A DNA stretch of 64,000 nucleotides from an uncultured Acidobacteriota bacterium. GTDB taxonomy: Bacteria; Acidobacteriota; Thermoanaerobaculia; UBA5066; DATFVB01. This document shows positions 1 through 9,727 of this stretch, piece by piece. The number at the start of each line of letters is the position of its first letter. The stretch's first letter is position 1. Below the pieces are notes generated by a model. It did no database searches and was not told where the DNA came from. It worked only from the letters and a program-made list of their open reading frames with translations. Both the position numbers and the translations under genes were made by a program. Location: positions 736,001 to 800,000 of the forward strand of contig CAWEYG010000001.1 in assembly GCA_963813155.1 (NCBI GenBank), in the 5' to 3' direction.

Positions 1-3
1 ACG

Positions 4-1626
4 ATGGCTTCGGCGGAATTCGGCGAAGGGGGCGCGTCCTCCAAGCGGCCGAACGTGCAGGTTGGAGATCCGTTCACCGAAAAACTGCTCCTGGAAGCCT
101 GCCTCGAGATCTTTCGAGGCGACGCAGTCGTCGGCATCCAGGACATGGGCGCGGCGGGGCTGACGTCCTCCTCGTTCGAAATGGCGGGGCGCGGCGGGGC
201 GGGAATGGAGATCGAGCTCTCGCGCGTTCCGACGCGCGAGCCGGGAATGACTCCGTACGAGATCATGCTCTCCGAATCGCAGGAGCGAATGCTCCTGGTC
301 ACGCGCCCGGAGCGACTTGGGGAAGTCCTCGCGGTCTTCCAGAAATGGGAGCTCGACGCCGTCGAGATCGGCACCGTCACTTCGACCGGCCGCATGGTCC
401 TGAAGTTCCACGGCGAAACCGTCGCCGACATGCCGGTCGGGCCGCTTTCGGAGCGAGCGCCCGTTTACGACCGGCCCCGAAAGTCTGCCGCGAAGCCCGC
501 GGGCTCCGCGCGCTGGATGTCAGAGCCCGAGCCGGACTATCTCGATGCGCTCGCGCGCCTGCTCGCCTCGCCGAACATCGCGGAAAAGAGGTGGATCTGG
601 AACCAGTACGACCACATGGTGCGCAGCAACACCGCCGAACGGCCGGGCGGAGACGCCGCGGTGATCCGCCTCAAGGCGACCTCCTGGATCGACGACTCCG
701 GCGCCGGGCAGCCGGGGCGCTCGTCGGAGATTCAGAAGGGACTCGCCCTGAAGACGGACGTCAATCCTTTCTTCTGCGCGCTCGACGCGAAGCGCGGCGC
801 GGCGATCGCCGTCGCGGAGTGCGCCCGCTCGATCGCCGCGACGGGCGCGCGGCCGCTCGCCGTCACCGACTGCCTCAATTTCGGCAGCCCCGAAAAGCCG
901 GAGGTCATGGAGCAGTTCGCGCTCGCCGTGGAAGGAATCACCGAGGCGTGCCGGGCCCTCGCGACTCCCGTGGTTTCGGGGAACGTCTCCTTCTACAACG
1001 AGACCGAAGGACAATCGATTCTGCCGACGCCGACGATCGGCATGATCGGACTCCTCGACGACGTCGATCGCCACGTCTCGATCGCGTTTCGCCGGGAAGG
1101 GGACGTCATCGCCCTTCTCGGGACAACGCGCGACGAGCTCGGCGGATCGGAGTTCCTCCGCACGATCCGGGACCGGGACGAAGGGCCGTGCCCGGCCCTG
1201 GACCTCGCGGCGGAAAAAGCGCTCGTCGAGCTCCTCGTCGAAGGCGCCTCGGCCTCGCTCTTCTCTTCCGCGCACGACGTCTCCGACGGCGGGCTCGCGG
1301 TCGCGCTCTGCGAGAGCGCGTTTCGGGGCGAGCTCGGAGCGCGCCTCGCGTTCGAGAGCCACGGAATCCGCGCGTCGTCGGTTCTCTTCGGGGAGTCGAC
1401 GGGACGCGCGCTCGTGTCCTTCTCGCGCGAGGACGCGGCCACCGTCGAAAAGCTCGCGAAGGCAAAGGGCGTCCCTTGCGCGCCGATCGGGAACGTCTCG
1501 GGAGGCTCGATCCGCATCGACCTGGACGGAAAGACCCTCATCGACGCACCGCTCGACACCCTGAAGGCCCGCTGGGCGACGGCGTTCCGGATCGCCGTCG
1601 AGAGAGATCCCGCCGTCGAACGCTAG
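4..1626 (+). CDS. purL: Phosphoribosylformylglycinamidine synthase subunit PurL (5' part outside the window)
   Basis: Motifs VQVGDPFTEKLLLEACLE, IQDMGAAGLTSSS, MLSESQERML, TDCLNFGSPE, VSGNVSFYNET, HDVSDGGL; the N-terminus is cut by the window edge. Confidence 0.95.
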   Translation: MASAEFGEGGASSKRPNVQVGDPFTEKLLLEACLEIFRGDAVVGIQDMGAAGLTSSSFEMAGRGGAGMEIELSRVPTREPGMTPYEIMLSESQERMLLVTRPERLGEVLAVFQKWELDAVEIGTVTSTGRMVLKFHGETVADMPVGPLSERAPVYDRPRKSAAKPAGSARWMSEPEPDYLDALARLLASPNIAEKRWIWNQYDHMVRSNTAERPGGDAAVIRLKATSWIDDSGAGQPGRSSEIQKGLALKTDVNPFFCALDAKRGAAIAVAECARSIAATGARPLAVTDCLNFGSPEKPEVMEQFALAVEGITEACRALATPVVSGNVSFYNETEGQSILPTPTIGMIGLLDDVDRHVSIAFRREGDVIALLGTTRDELGGSEFLRTIRDRDEGPCPALDLAAEKALVELLVEGASASLFSSAHDVSDGGLAVALCESAFRGELGARLAFESHGIRASSVLFGESTGRALVSFSREDAATVEKLAKAKGVPCAPIGNVSGGSIRIDLDGKTLIDAPLDTLKARWATAFRIAVERDPAVER

Positions 1627-1652
1627 GGGTGAGGAAATTTCCTGCGATCGGT

Positions 1653-1678
1653 GGAACATTTTGCCCGGCCGGGCCGTT
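1653..1678 (+). promoter_or_regulatory. Putative ECF-sigma promoter GGAAC-N17-CGTT
   Basis: GGAAC at 1653-1657, 17-nt spacer, CGTT at 1675-1678; matches the established EcfG/SigT-type consensus and lies just upstream of GGAGG + ATG1706. Confidence 0.5.
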
Positions 1679-1705
1679 ATCCCGGTATCGACGGAGGCCA
1701 AAACG

Positions 1706-1879
1706 ATGCCTGCAAGCGAGCACATGGTGGTGGTCGACAACCCCCGGGCCGAGCGATCTGCGGGCCCGCCGCCTGGAGATCGTGATCGGAAGACCGGCGC
1801 GCGATACCGGCCAGAGGACAGTCGGCCGGGCAAATCCAGGTCGCGGCGCGAAAAGGTCTCCGTCTCGAAAGACTCCTGA
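1706..1879 (+). CDS. Small 57-aa basic hydrophilic hypothetical protein
   Basis: GGAGG at 1693-1697 lies 8 nt before ATG1706; ECF-like promoter upstream; fills the gap after purL. Confidence 0.45.
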   Translation: MPASEHMVVVDNPRAERSAGPPPGDRDRKTGARYRPEDSRPGKSRSRREKVSVSKDS

Positions 1880-1939
1880 TCGCCGGGCCCTCGCCGTACG
1901 CGATGGCCAATGCCCTGACGTTCTGACAGAATCCGAGCC

Positions 1940-2122
1940 ATGAGTTGGCTTCTGATGCTCGGCCTCGCGGCGGCCCTGATCGCGGTTGCCGCGGTCCTCG
2001 GCGCCCAGCCCAAGGGGGCGCGCCCGGTTTCGAACACGAAGCTCATGGGAGTCGCCCGTTTCGTGCTGCTCGTCTTCGGGCTCCTGCTCGCGTTCTTCGC
2101 ATTCCGCTCCCGCGGCCACTGA
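1940..2122 (+). CDS. Small two-helix membrane protein (60 aa)
   Basis: Two hydrophobic segments separated by a basic loop; CAGAAT -10-like box 7 nt before the ATG. Confidence 0.7.
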   Translation: MSWLLMLGLAAALIAVAAVLGAQPKGARPVSNTKLMGVARFVLLVFGLLLAFFAFRSRGH

Positions 2123-2127
2123 TTCCC

Positions 2128-2598
2128 GTGAACATCGACTGGGAGGGAATCGTCGTCGCGTTCGAGAGCCGTTCGCAGCAGATCACTCACTTCTTCGACC
2201 GCGAAACGGGGGAAGTCGTCCAGGTCGTCCGGGACCGCGACCCCGGAAAGCACGACGAGCTGACCGCGTCCGCCCGGTTCCTCGCGCTGCCGAAGGACCA
2301 CGGCGAACGGGGGTTCGGGGAAATGGAGCTCTTCCTGGACGAAGTCGAAAAGGACGGCGTCCGGGCAAAGCTCCGCGCCGCCCTGTCGGCGCCGGAACCC
2401 GCGCTCGCCTACCGCGAGGCTCTCCTTTCCGAACCGCGCGAAGAATCGCGTTTCTTCCAGTTCAAGCAGCGCCGCGCCCGGGAACGGGCGGAGCAGTGGC
2501 TCGCGTCGATGGCCATCCCGTTCGAAAGACGGCCCGCGCCCTCGAAGGCCGAACGCGATTTTCCCGCCGGGGCGCCGGGCGGCCCACGGAAACCGTAG
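2128..2598 (+). CDS. UPF0158-like protein
   Basis: GTG start; the N-terminus NIDWEGIVVAFE..THFFDRETGEVV and C-terminal ERAEQWL resemble the UPF0158 family. Confidence 0.6.
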   Translation: MNIDWEGIVVAFESRSQQITHFFDRETGEVVQVVRDRDPGKHDELTASARFLALPKDHGERGFGEMELFLDEVEKDGVRAKLRAALSAPEPALAYREALLSEPREESRFFQFKQRRARERAEQWLASMAIPFERRPAPSKAERDFPAGAPGGPRKP

Positions 2599-2619
2599 AT
2601 CCGACCCGTTTCTTTTTGC

Positions 2620-2644
2620 GGAACCTCCCCGGTCTCCTTGCGTA
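2620..2644 (+). promoter_or_regulatory. Putative ECF-sigma promoter GGAAC-N16-CGTA for the efflux operon
   Basis: GGAAC at 2620-2624, 16-nt spacer, CGTA at 2641-2644; resembles SigW/SigE-type promoters; GGAGG precedes ATG2704. Confidence 0.4.
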
Positions 2645-2703
2645 CTGACCTGTAAGGAAGTCTCCTGCGCGGGACCCGGAGCGGGGAGACGGGGAGGAAC
2701 CGG

Positions 2704-3813
2704 ATGAAGAAGCTTTTCAAAATGCTGTTTCTGCTGGCGATCCTCGTCGCCGTCGTCGCGGGGCTCTACGCGTGGGCGAGCAACGGCAAGAAGGACGACA
2801 AGAACAAGCTCGTGGAGGTCCTCAAGGGCTCGATCACGGAGAAGGCGCTCGCCGTCGGCCAGATCGAGCCGCGTCAGAAGTTTTCAGTGAAGTCGACGAT
2901 CTCGGGAACCGTGAAGACCTGCCTCGTTCAGGTCGGGGACCGGGTGAAAGCGGGAGACCCGCTGTTCGAAATCAATCCCGAGCCGACGCCGACGGACATT
3001 ACTTCGGTGACGAACTCGGTCTCCTCGAGCGACGCGTCGCTGGAAAAAGCCCGGCTCGACTTCAAACGAACGAACGAGCTCTACCGGCAGGGCCTCGCGT
3101 CGAAGTCCGACTACGACGCCTCGAAAACCCTCCTCGACCTGGCGAAGATCGCGGCGACCAACGCGATGCAGAACCGTGAGCTGACGCTGAGGGGAAAGGT
3201 CAAGGGAGAGGGGCTCCTGATCGAGTCGATCATCCGCGCGCCCGCGGCCGGCACGATCCTGACGCGATCCGTCAATCCCGGCGACCCCGTCGTGCCGCTC
3301 ACGCCCTACCAGCCGGGAACCGAGCTGGCGACGATCGCCGACATGACCGACCTGCTGTTCCGCGGCACGGTCGACGAAATCGACGTCGGCAAGATCGCCG
3401 TCGGCATGGCCGCGCGAATGAAGGTCGGGGCGCTTCCGTCCGATGTCGTCACGGGAAAGGTGACGCGAATCGCCCCGCAGGCGCAGCAGAAGGAAGGCGC
3501 GACGCTGTTCGACGTCTGGATCGAGCTCAAGCGGTCGGGGCCGATCGTCCTGCGGGCCGGCTACTCCGCGAACGCGGAGATCGTCATCAAGGAGAAGAAG
3601 GACGTCCTGACGATCCCCGAGCGCCTCGTCGTCTTCGAGGACAACGGAAACCGCGCGACCGTGGAAGTCTCCGCCGGCAACCCGAAGACTCCTCCGAAGA
3701 AGGTCGACGTCAAGCTCGGGATTTCCGACGGCCTGAACGTGGAAGTGGTCTCGGGGCTCTCGGTCGGCCAAAAGCTCGTCGAGCGGCCGCCGAAGGAGAT
3801 CACGGCCAGTTAA
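2704..3813 (+). CDS. MacA-like periplasmic adaptor (membrane fusion protein)
   Basis: N-terminal TM anchor, lipoyl-like half motifs (VKSTISGTV..VQVGDRVKAGDPL; IRAPAAGTI), VDEIDVGKI and GISDGLNVEVVSGL. Confidence 0.9.
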   Translation: MKKLFKMLFLLAILVAVVAGLYAWASNGKKDDKNKLVEVLKGSITEKALAVGQIEPRQKFSVKSTISGTVKTCLVQVGDRVKAGDPLFEINPEPTPTDITSVTNSVSSSDASLEKARLDFKRTNELYRQGLASKSDYDASKTLLDLAKIAATNAMQNRELTLRGKVKGEGLLIESIIRAPAAGTILTRSVNPGDPVVPLTPYQPGTELATIADMTDLLFRGTVDEIDVGKIAVGMAARMKVGALPSDVVTGKVTRIAPQAQQKEGATLFDVWIELKRSGPIVLRAGYSANAEIVIKEKKDVLTIPERLVVFEDNGNRATVEVSAGNPKTPPKKVDVKLGISDGLNVEVVSGLSVGQKLVERPPKEITAS

Positions 3814-3832
3814 GAGACCTTCGTCCGCATTT

Positions 3833-3904
3833 CCCTCTCCCTGGAGGGCAGCCTTCAGACCGCCGAGTAAACGCGGGAGGGTGGCCGCAGGCCGGGTGAG
3901 GGGG
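3833..3904. repeat. REP-like palindromic element (copy 1)
   Basis: CCCTCTCCCTGGAGGG...GGGAGGGTGGCCGCAGGCCGGGTGAGGGG; the core is shared with the element at 42929-42989. Confidence 0.55.
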
Positions 3905-3946
3905 CACGGAGGATCGAAGCGAGATGCGTGAAAGGAACTGGTTCCG

Positions 3947-5170
3947 GTGAAAGAAGCCTTCCGCCAGCTGTGGCGCGACATGAGGAGCCAGAAGCTCCGA
4001 ACGTTCCTGACGGTTTTCGGAATCGTCTGGGGCACGGCGGCCGTGTCGCTGCTGCTCGCGTTCGGCATCGGGCTGAAGCACCAGCAGATCCGCCGCGTGA
4101 AGGGCCTCGGCGACCGGATCGTGATCACCTGGCCGGGCCTCACGTCGATCCCGTTCAACGGACTGGGCAAAGGGCGGAAGATCCGCGTCTCGGAAGACGA
4201 CATCGCCGCCGTCCAAAGCCAGGCCACGCAGATCACCGGGGTGTCGTCCGAATATCGAAAGGAAATGAAGGTCCGGTACGGACCGAAGACCTACAACGTC
4301 CAGATTTCCGGCGTGAATCCGTATTTCGGAGACGTCCGGAACCTGATCCCGCAGGCGGGGGGCCGCTTCCTCGACGCGCTCGACATCCGGTACCAGCGGC
4401 GCGTCGCGTTCATCGGCGAGAAGCTCGCGACGGACGTCTTCGGGACGGAACCGGCCGTCGGGAAGAGCGTGCTCATCCAGGGAACTCCGTTCCTCGTCGT
4501 CGGAGAGATGCAGAAGAAGATCCAGAATTCCTCCTACGGCGGGCGGGATACGAACAAGATCTACGTTCCGTCCAGCACGATGCAGGTCCTCACGGGCCAG
4601 AAGTACTGCAACAATTTCCTGTTCCAGCCGGCGCCCGACCGTCCCTCCAAGGCCTCGATCGCGGAAGTGCGAGGGATTCTCGCCCGCCGCCTGCAATTCG
4701 ACCCGAACGACAAGGAAGCGCTGTCGACCTGGGACACGACGGAGAACTTCCACTTCTTCGATGTGTTCTTCCTCGCGTTCAACCTGTTTCTCGGGCTCCT
4801 CGGCGTTCTCACGCTCGTGGTCGGCGGAATCGGCGTTTCCAACATCATGAACGTCGTCGTCGACGAGCGGACTCGCGAGATCGGCATCAAGATGGCGCTC
4901 GGCGCGAAGGAGAAATTCATCCTGCGTCAGTTCCTCCTCGAAACGATGCTGTTGACCGGCGTGGGAGGGGCGACCGGCCTCCTCATCGCGTTCTCGATCT
5001 GCGCCGCCGTGCCCGCGAAGGGCCTCGGCGAAGTCGTCGGCCGGCCCGAACTTTCGCCCGCCGTCGCGCTCGTGACGGCGGCCATTCTCGGAGGAATCGG
5101 TTTCGTCGCCGGGTATTTCCCCGCGCGCGAAGCGTCGCGCCTCGACCCCGTGGTCGCGATGAAGCTCTGA
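3947..5170 (+). CDS. MacB/FtsX-family ABC transporter permease
   Basis: RTFLTVFGIVWG, periplasmic domain, VGGIGVSNIMNVVVDERTREIGIKMALGA and PAREASRLDPV. Confidence 0.92.
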   Translation: MKEAFRQLWRDMRSQKLRTFLTVFGIVWGTAAVSLLLAFGIGLKHQQIRRVKGLGDRIVITWPGLTSIPFNGLGKGRKIRVSEDDIAAVQSQATQITGVSSEYRKEMKVRYGPKTYNVQISGVNPYFGDVRNLIPQAGGRFLDALDIRYQRRVAFIGEKLATDVFGTEPAVGKSVLIQGTPFLVVGEMQKKIQNSSYGGRDTNKIYVPSSTMQVLTGQKYCNNFLFQPAPDRPSKASIAEVRGILARRLQFDPNDKEALSTWDTTENFHFFDVFFLAFNLFLGLLGVLTLVVGGIGVSNIMNVVVDERTREIGIKMALGAKEKFILRQFLLETMLLTGVGGATGLLIAFSICAAVPAKGLGEVVGRPELSPAVALVTAAILGGIGFVAGYFPAREASRLDPVVAMKL

Positions 5171-5180
5171 TGAGAAAGCC

Positions 5181-6440
5181 GTGAAGACTTCGTCGCTTTC
5201 CGTCGTTTTTCACCTTTTCCTCCAGACCGCCCGGCTGAAGAAGAAGAGGGCGGTCCTCACCATCGCGTCGATCGCGTGGGGAACCGTGACCGTCCTTCTC
5301 CTTCTGGCCTTCGGACAGGGCTTCCGGGAACAGATCCTGGAAAACTCGCAGGGCATGGGCCGGAACATCTCGATCGTCTGGGCGGGCCAGACCTCGAAGG
5401 CCTATCGGGGCCTGCCTTCCGGCAGAAAGATTTCGTTCTCCGACGACGATGCCTCGTACGCGCAGGAAAGAATGGGCAGTCTCGCGACGGTCATCGGAGA
5501 GATCGAGAAAAACCGCGTTCCGCTCGTCTACGGCAAGACGACCGTCAACGGCAGTGTCGTCGGCGTGGAATGGCCCTACCGCCAATGGCGCAATCAGGTC
5601 CCACAGACGGGGGGACGCTTCGTCGACGCGACCGATCAGAAAGAGCGGCGGCGAACCATCTTTTTCGGCGACAAGATCGTCCGCGACGTCTTTGGCAAGG
5701 AAGACCCCGTCGGGAGGACGCTGCTCGTCAACAACATGCCGTTTCTGGTCGTCGGCGTTCTCAAGCACCGCATCCAGGACAACAGCTACATGAACAACGA
5801 CGAAAACCAGACGTTCATCCCGCGCACGACCTTCGAGGGGATGTTCGGGCACCAGAACCTCGACAACATCGTCGTCGGGGTGACGGATGCCGGCCAGATG
5901 AAGCTCGCCGTCGACCGGCTCCGGCACATCCTGGGCGCGCGGCACGGTTTCGACCCCGAAGACAGCCGCGCGATCAACGTCTGGAACACCATCGACGACA
6001 ACAAGGAAACCGCCGCGATCCTGCTCGGCATGCAGGCCTTCCTTGGAATCGTGGGCGCGCTCACGCTGATCGTCGGCGGGATCGGCGTCGCAAACATCAT
6101 GTTCGCGGTCGTCAAGGAGCGAACCCGGGAAATCGGCGTGAAGATGGCGCTCGGCGCACGCCGCGGGTGGATCACCGGCCCGTTCGTCCTCGAGGCCACG
6201 CTCTACACGTTTCTCGGCGGAGCCACGGGAATCCTGATTTCGCTCATCCTCGTCACTCTTCTCGGGCTCATTCCGCTCGATTCGAGCGAAGTGATGGGAT
6301 ACCTCGGGCATCCCCGGATCTCGATACCCATCGGCTTGATCACGATGACGATTCTGGGAGCGATCGGGCTCGCCGCCGGCTATTTTCCGGCCCGGAGGGC
6401 GGCCGCGATCGATCCCGCGGAGACGCTGCGCTATGAATGA
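5181..6440 (+). CDS. MacB/FtsX-family ABC transporter permease (second paralogue)
   Basis: VGGIGVANIMFAVVKERTREIGVKMALGA and [17 protein letters not shown]. Confidence 0.92.
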   Translation: MKTSSLSVVFHLFLQTARLKKKRAVLTIASIAWGTVTVLLLLAFGQGFREQILENSQGMGRNISIVWAGQTSKAYRGLPSGRKISFSDDDASYAQERMGSLATVIGEIEKNRVPLVYGKTTVNGSVVGVEWPYRQWRNQVPQTGGRFVDATDQKERRRTIFFGDKIVRDVFGKEDPVGRTLLVNNMPFLVVGVLKHRIQDNSYMNNDENQTFIPRTTFEGMFGHQNLDNIVVGVTDAGQMKLAVDRLRHILGARHGFDPEDSRAINVWNTIDDNKETAAILLGMQAFLGIVGALTLIVGGIGVANIMFAVVKERTREIGVKMALGARRGWITGPFVLEATLYTFLGGATGILISLILVTLLGLIPLDSSEVMGYLGHPRISIPIGLITMTILGAIGLAAGYFPARRAAAIDPAETLRYE

Positions 6441-7149
6441 CGCCCCGACAGCCATCAACGGCAACGCGATCATCCGGATGGAGAAGATCCGAAAGCTCTA
6501 CGACACCGGCAAGGTGAAGGTCGAGGCGCTCAAGGGCGTGGACTTCGAAGTTCGGAAGGGAGAATTCGTCGCGGTCGTCGGGCCGTCCGGCTCCGGCAAG
6601 TCCACGCTCATGAACCTGATCGGCTGCCTCGACACCGCGACGGAGGGCGACTATTACCTCAGCGGCGAGCCGGTCTCGGGGATGTCCCGCGACGGCCTCG
6701 CGGACATCCGGAATCGGCGCGTCGGGTTCGTCTTTCAGAGCTTCAATCTGCTGCCGCAGATCACCGCCGCCGAAAACGTCGAGCTCCCGCTCGTCTTCGG
6801 CGGAAGGGCGCCCCGGGAGCGCAAGGAGCGCGTCGAGGAATTGCTCGCCCGCGTCGGCCTCGCGGACCGCATGGAACACCGGCCGACGGAGCTCTCCGGC
6901 GGGCAGATGCAGCGTGTCGCGATCGCCCGCGCGCTCGCGATGGACCCCGACATCCTTCTGGCGGACGAGCCGACCGGGAACCTCGACAGCGGCTCCGGCA
7001 GCGACATCATGAGCCTCTTCGCAGAGCTGTCCCGGCAGGGCCGCACGCTCGTCGTCATCACTCACGACATGGGCCTGGCCCGCCGCTCCGGCCGCATCGT
7101 CGAGATGCGCGACGGCGCGATCATCGCCGACGGGTCCGCGGCGGCCTGA
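6433..7149 (+). CDS. ABC transporter ATP-binding protein (MacB/LolD type)
   Basis: Walker [29 protein letters not shown] and VITHD. Confidence 0.95.
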   Translation: MNDAPTAINGNAIIRMEKIRKLYDTGKVKVEALKGVDFEVRKGEFVAVVGPSGSGKSTLMNLIGCLDTATEGDYYLSGEPVSGMSRDGLADIRNRRVGFVFQSFNLLPQITAAENVELPLVFGGRAPRERKERVEELLARVGLADRMEHRPTELSGGQMQRVAIARALAMDPDILLADEPTGNLDSGSGSDIMSLFAELSRQGRTLVVITHDMGLARRSGRIVEMRDGAIIADGSAAA

Positions 7150-7180
7150 AGATAACCCTTTCCCGACCGGCGAACCCCGG

Positions 7181-7209
7181 TTGACGCTCCGGGCCGCCTC
7201 CCCTACGCT
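7181..7209 (+). promoter_or_regulatory. Sigma70-type promoter TTGACG-N17-TACGCT for the paralogue array
   Basis: -35 at 7181-7186, 17-nt spacer, -10 at 7204-7209, 14 nt upstream of ATG7224. Confidence 0.55.
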
Positions 7210-7223
7210 CTTTCAGGCCAGGA

Positions 7224-8477
7224 ATGCGGATTTCGGATCTTCGCCAGGACTCGGTGGGAAAAGCCATTCGGCTTTCTGCCGCCGTCGTGTGGGAAGACGC
7301 CGATCTTCCCGCCGAGAGGGTCTTCGTCGACGTGGAGGGTGTGGCGCCCGCGGAAGTCTCTCCGAGCGCCGAGTCCTTCGCGATTCGGGCCGCGCTCGCC
7401 GCGCTGCGGCAGCGAGAGAGGCGCCTTCTCGTGGAGGGGTCGCTTTGTCCCCGGCTGCGCGACGGCCTGCGGCAGGCCATGCGGACCCTGAATACCTGGT
7501 ATGACGGAGAGCGGGCCGAACCCGTCCTCGAAGCTTCGCTCGGATTCCGGGCGCTCGCTCCCCGGCCCCGACCGCGCGCCGGGTTGTTCCTCTCGGGCGG
7601 AGCCGACTCGCTGTTCATCCTGCGCTCGAACCGAACGAACTACCCCGCGGATCATCCTTCCTCGTTCCAGACGGCAGTCTTCGTCCCGAATTTCGGCGTG
7701 CCGCTCGAGGCGGTCGGCTCTCCCCGAGCCGCCGATGTTCTCCGCCGCCAGCGGAGCGCGGTCGCGAAGATTGCGGCGGCCGTGGGGCTTCGCCTGGTTT
7801 CGTCCTCGGCGCTCTCGAGCGAGCTCGGCGAGGATTCTCCCTACAGTGCGTCGAGCTCCCACGGGGCGCGGCTGGCGGCTCACGGCCTCCTCTTTGCCGA
7901 TCTCGATTCGATCTCGATCGCGCCGTCCTATGACGCCACCTATCAGCGGCCCTGGGGCAGCCACCCGCTCCTGGATCCCCTCTACAGCAGCAGCTCGCTC
8001 GAAGTGCGTCATGAAGGTTTCGGGTACACGCGGGTCGAGCGTGTCGCCGCCGTCGCGCGATGGAGCGAGGGCCTTCCTCACCTGATCGTCTGCGCTCAGG
8101 GACCGCTCGAGGATGGAAAAGCGAACTGCGGTCGATGCGAGAAATGTATCCGGACGATGATCGAGCTGCTCCTGGCAGATTCTCTCTCGGAAGACGGGCC
8201 GTTCGGGGTCGGCGATCTGGATGCTTCGCTCATCGACCCGTTCTTTCTCGATCCCCTCTCGACTGGCCATTGGAGATCTTTTCCCTCATCGCTTCGGGCG
8301 AAGGGGCGGACGGACCTTGCCGCCGCGGCCGAGCTCACGCTGCGAAACGCGTGTCGCAAGCTCGACTGGCTCGACGACCGCGGTTGGAAGGGCGAGCTCC
8401 GACGATTCGACCGGAAATACCTCGGCGGCCGGCTGCTCGATGCCAGCCGGCGAATTCGCGGCGCCGGGCGAAGCTGA
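7224..8477 (+). CDS. QueC-like PP-loop ATP pyrophosphatase family protein, paralogue P1
   Basis: LFLSGGADS, PWGSHPLLDP, VC..NCGRCEKCIRT and tail GWKGELRRFDRKYLGGRL. Confidence 0.85.
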   Translation: MRISDLRQDSVGKAIRLSAAVVWEDADLPAERVFVDVEGVAPAEVSPSAESFAIRAALAALRQRERRLLVEGSLCPRLRDGLRQAMRTLNTWYDGERAEPVLEASLGFRALAPRPRPRAGLFLSGGADSLFILRSNRTNYPADHPSSFQTAVFVPNFGVPLEAVGSPRAADVLRRQRSAVAKIAAAVGLRLVSSSALSSELGEDSPYSASSSHGARLAAHGLLFADLDSISIAPSYDATYQRPWGSHPLLDPLYSSSSLEVRHEGFGYTRVERVAAVARWSEGLPHLIVCAQGPLEDGKANCGRCEKCIRTMIELLLADSLSEDGPFGVGDLDASLIDPFFLDPLSTGHWRSFPSSLRAKGRTDLAAAAELTLRNACRKLDWLDDRGWKGELRRFDRKYLGGRLLDASRRIRGAGRS

Positions 8478-8479
8478 AA

Positions 8480-9724
8480 GTGCGAATTTCCGAGCCCCGC
8501 CTCGAGAAAACGGAATCGCGAATTCGGGCCGTCGCCCGCGTGGAATGGGAAGACTGCGATCGGCCGTCCGGGGACGTGGTCTTCGAGATGGAGGCGGAGC
8601 TGGCCAGCGAGTTCACCGCCTCGCCCGAGGCCTTCGCCATCGTCTGCGCGCTCCAGGCCCGCCGGGACGGTGAACGCCGCCTCAGAATCGAGGCGCCTCT
8701 CTGCCCCCAGCTCCGCGAGGGCCTATCTCGAATCTTCCTGACCCTGGACTCCTGGTTCCCCCCGCGAGCACGCGCGCCCGGGATCGAGGCCTCCGGGGGC
8801 TTTCGCGTCCTCGCGCCGCCCCCGCCACGGGCCGCGGCGCTCGTCTCCGCGGGAATCGACTCGCTCCGCCTGATCCTCGGAAACCGGAGGACCTTCCCGC
8901 GGGACCACCCGTATTCTTTCCTCGACGGGCTCTTCCTGTACGGCACCGTCAACCGGCAGGGTGTTTCTCCCTCGGCGATCGAAAACCTGGTCGAGCGCCA
9001 GCGGCGCTGCGTGGAGGCGGCTTGTCGCCTCGCCGGGATTCGGCTTCTTCCCGTTTTCATCGACCTCAACGTCCTCGGGGACGAGCGGGAGTTCGTGCTG
9101 TCGCAGGGGCACGGCGCGAGGCTCGCGGCGGCCGGGCATCTCTTCCACACCCTTTCGAGGGTTTCGATCGCGTCGTCCTATTTCGCCGGCGACCTGTTCC
9201 CCTGGGGCAGCCATCCGCTGATCGATCCCTTCTTCGGGAGCAGCTCGCTCGACATCCGGCACGAGGGCATCCACCGGCGGCGTCAGGAAGCCGTCCGCGA
9301 TCTTCTCGACTGGCCCGAACTTCTCCCGCTCGCAATGGTCTGCGGCGAGGCGCCGATCGATCCTCGCCGGATCAACTGCGGTCGATGCGAAAAATGCGTT
9401 CGCACCATGCTGGAGCTGGATCTCGCCGGCGCCCTCGAAGCCGCGACGTCCTTCCCGCGGCGCGCCCTCACGGCCGACGATCTCGATGCAATCTCTCCCA
9501 ACTACTCGGTTTTCACGTTCTGGCGGGACCTCGCCGAAGCTCTGGGAGCGAGCGCGCGAAACGACCTCGCCGCGGCGGCGCACCGTGTCGCCGACCGAGC
9601 GGCGCGCCACCGCGATTGGCTCGAAGAAAGCGGCTGGAAGGGAAGGATCCGCCGTTTCGATCGCGTTTCCCTCGGAGGCCGCCTTGCCGGTGCGAGAAAC
9701 GCGTTTCGCCGGGTTCGAGGATGA
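8480..9724 (+). CDS. QueC-like PP-loop family protein, paralogue P2
   Basis: GTG start 2 nt after the P1 stop; LVSAGIDS, PWGSHPLIDP, NCGRCEKCVRT and GWKGRIRRFDR. Confidence 0.85.
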   Translation: MRISEPRLEKTESRIRAVARVEWEDCDRPSGDVVFEMEAELASEFTASPEAFAIVCALQARRDGERRLRIEAPLCPQLREGLSRIFLTLDSWFPPRARAPGIEASGGFRVLAPPPPRAAALVSAGIDSLRLILGNRRTFPRDHPYSFLDGLFLYGTVNRQGVSPSAIENLVERQRRCVEAACRLAGIRLLPVFIDLNVLGDEREFVLSQGHGARLAAAGHLFHTLSRVSIASSYFAGDLFPWGSHPLIDPFFGSSSLDIRHEGIHRRRQEAVRDLLDWPELLPLAMVCGEAPIDPRRINCGRCEKCVRTMLELDLAGALEAATSFPRRALTADDLDAISPNYSVFTFWRDLAEALGASARNDLAAAAHRVADRAARHRDWLEESGWKGRIRRFDRVSLGGRLAGARNAFRRVRG

Positions 9725-9727
9725 CGC

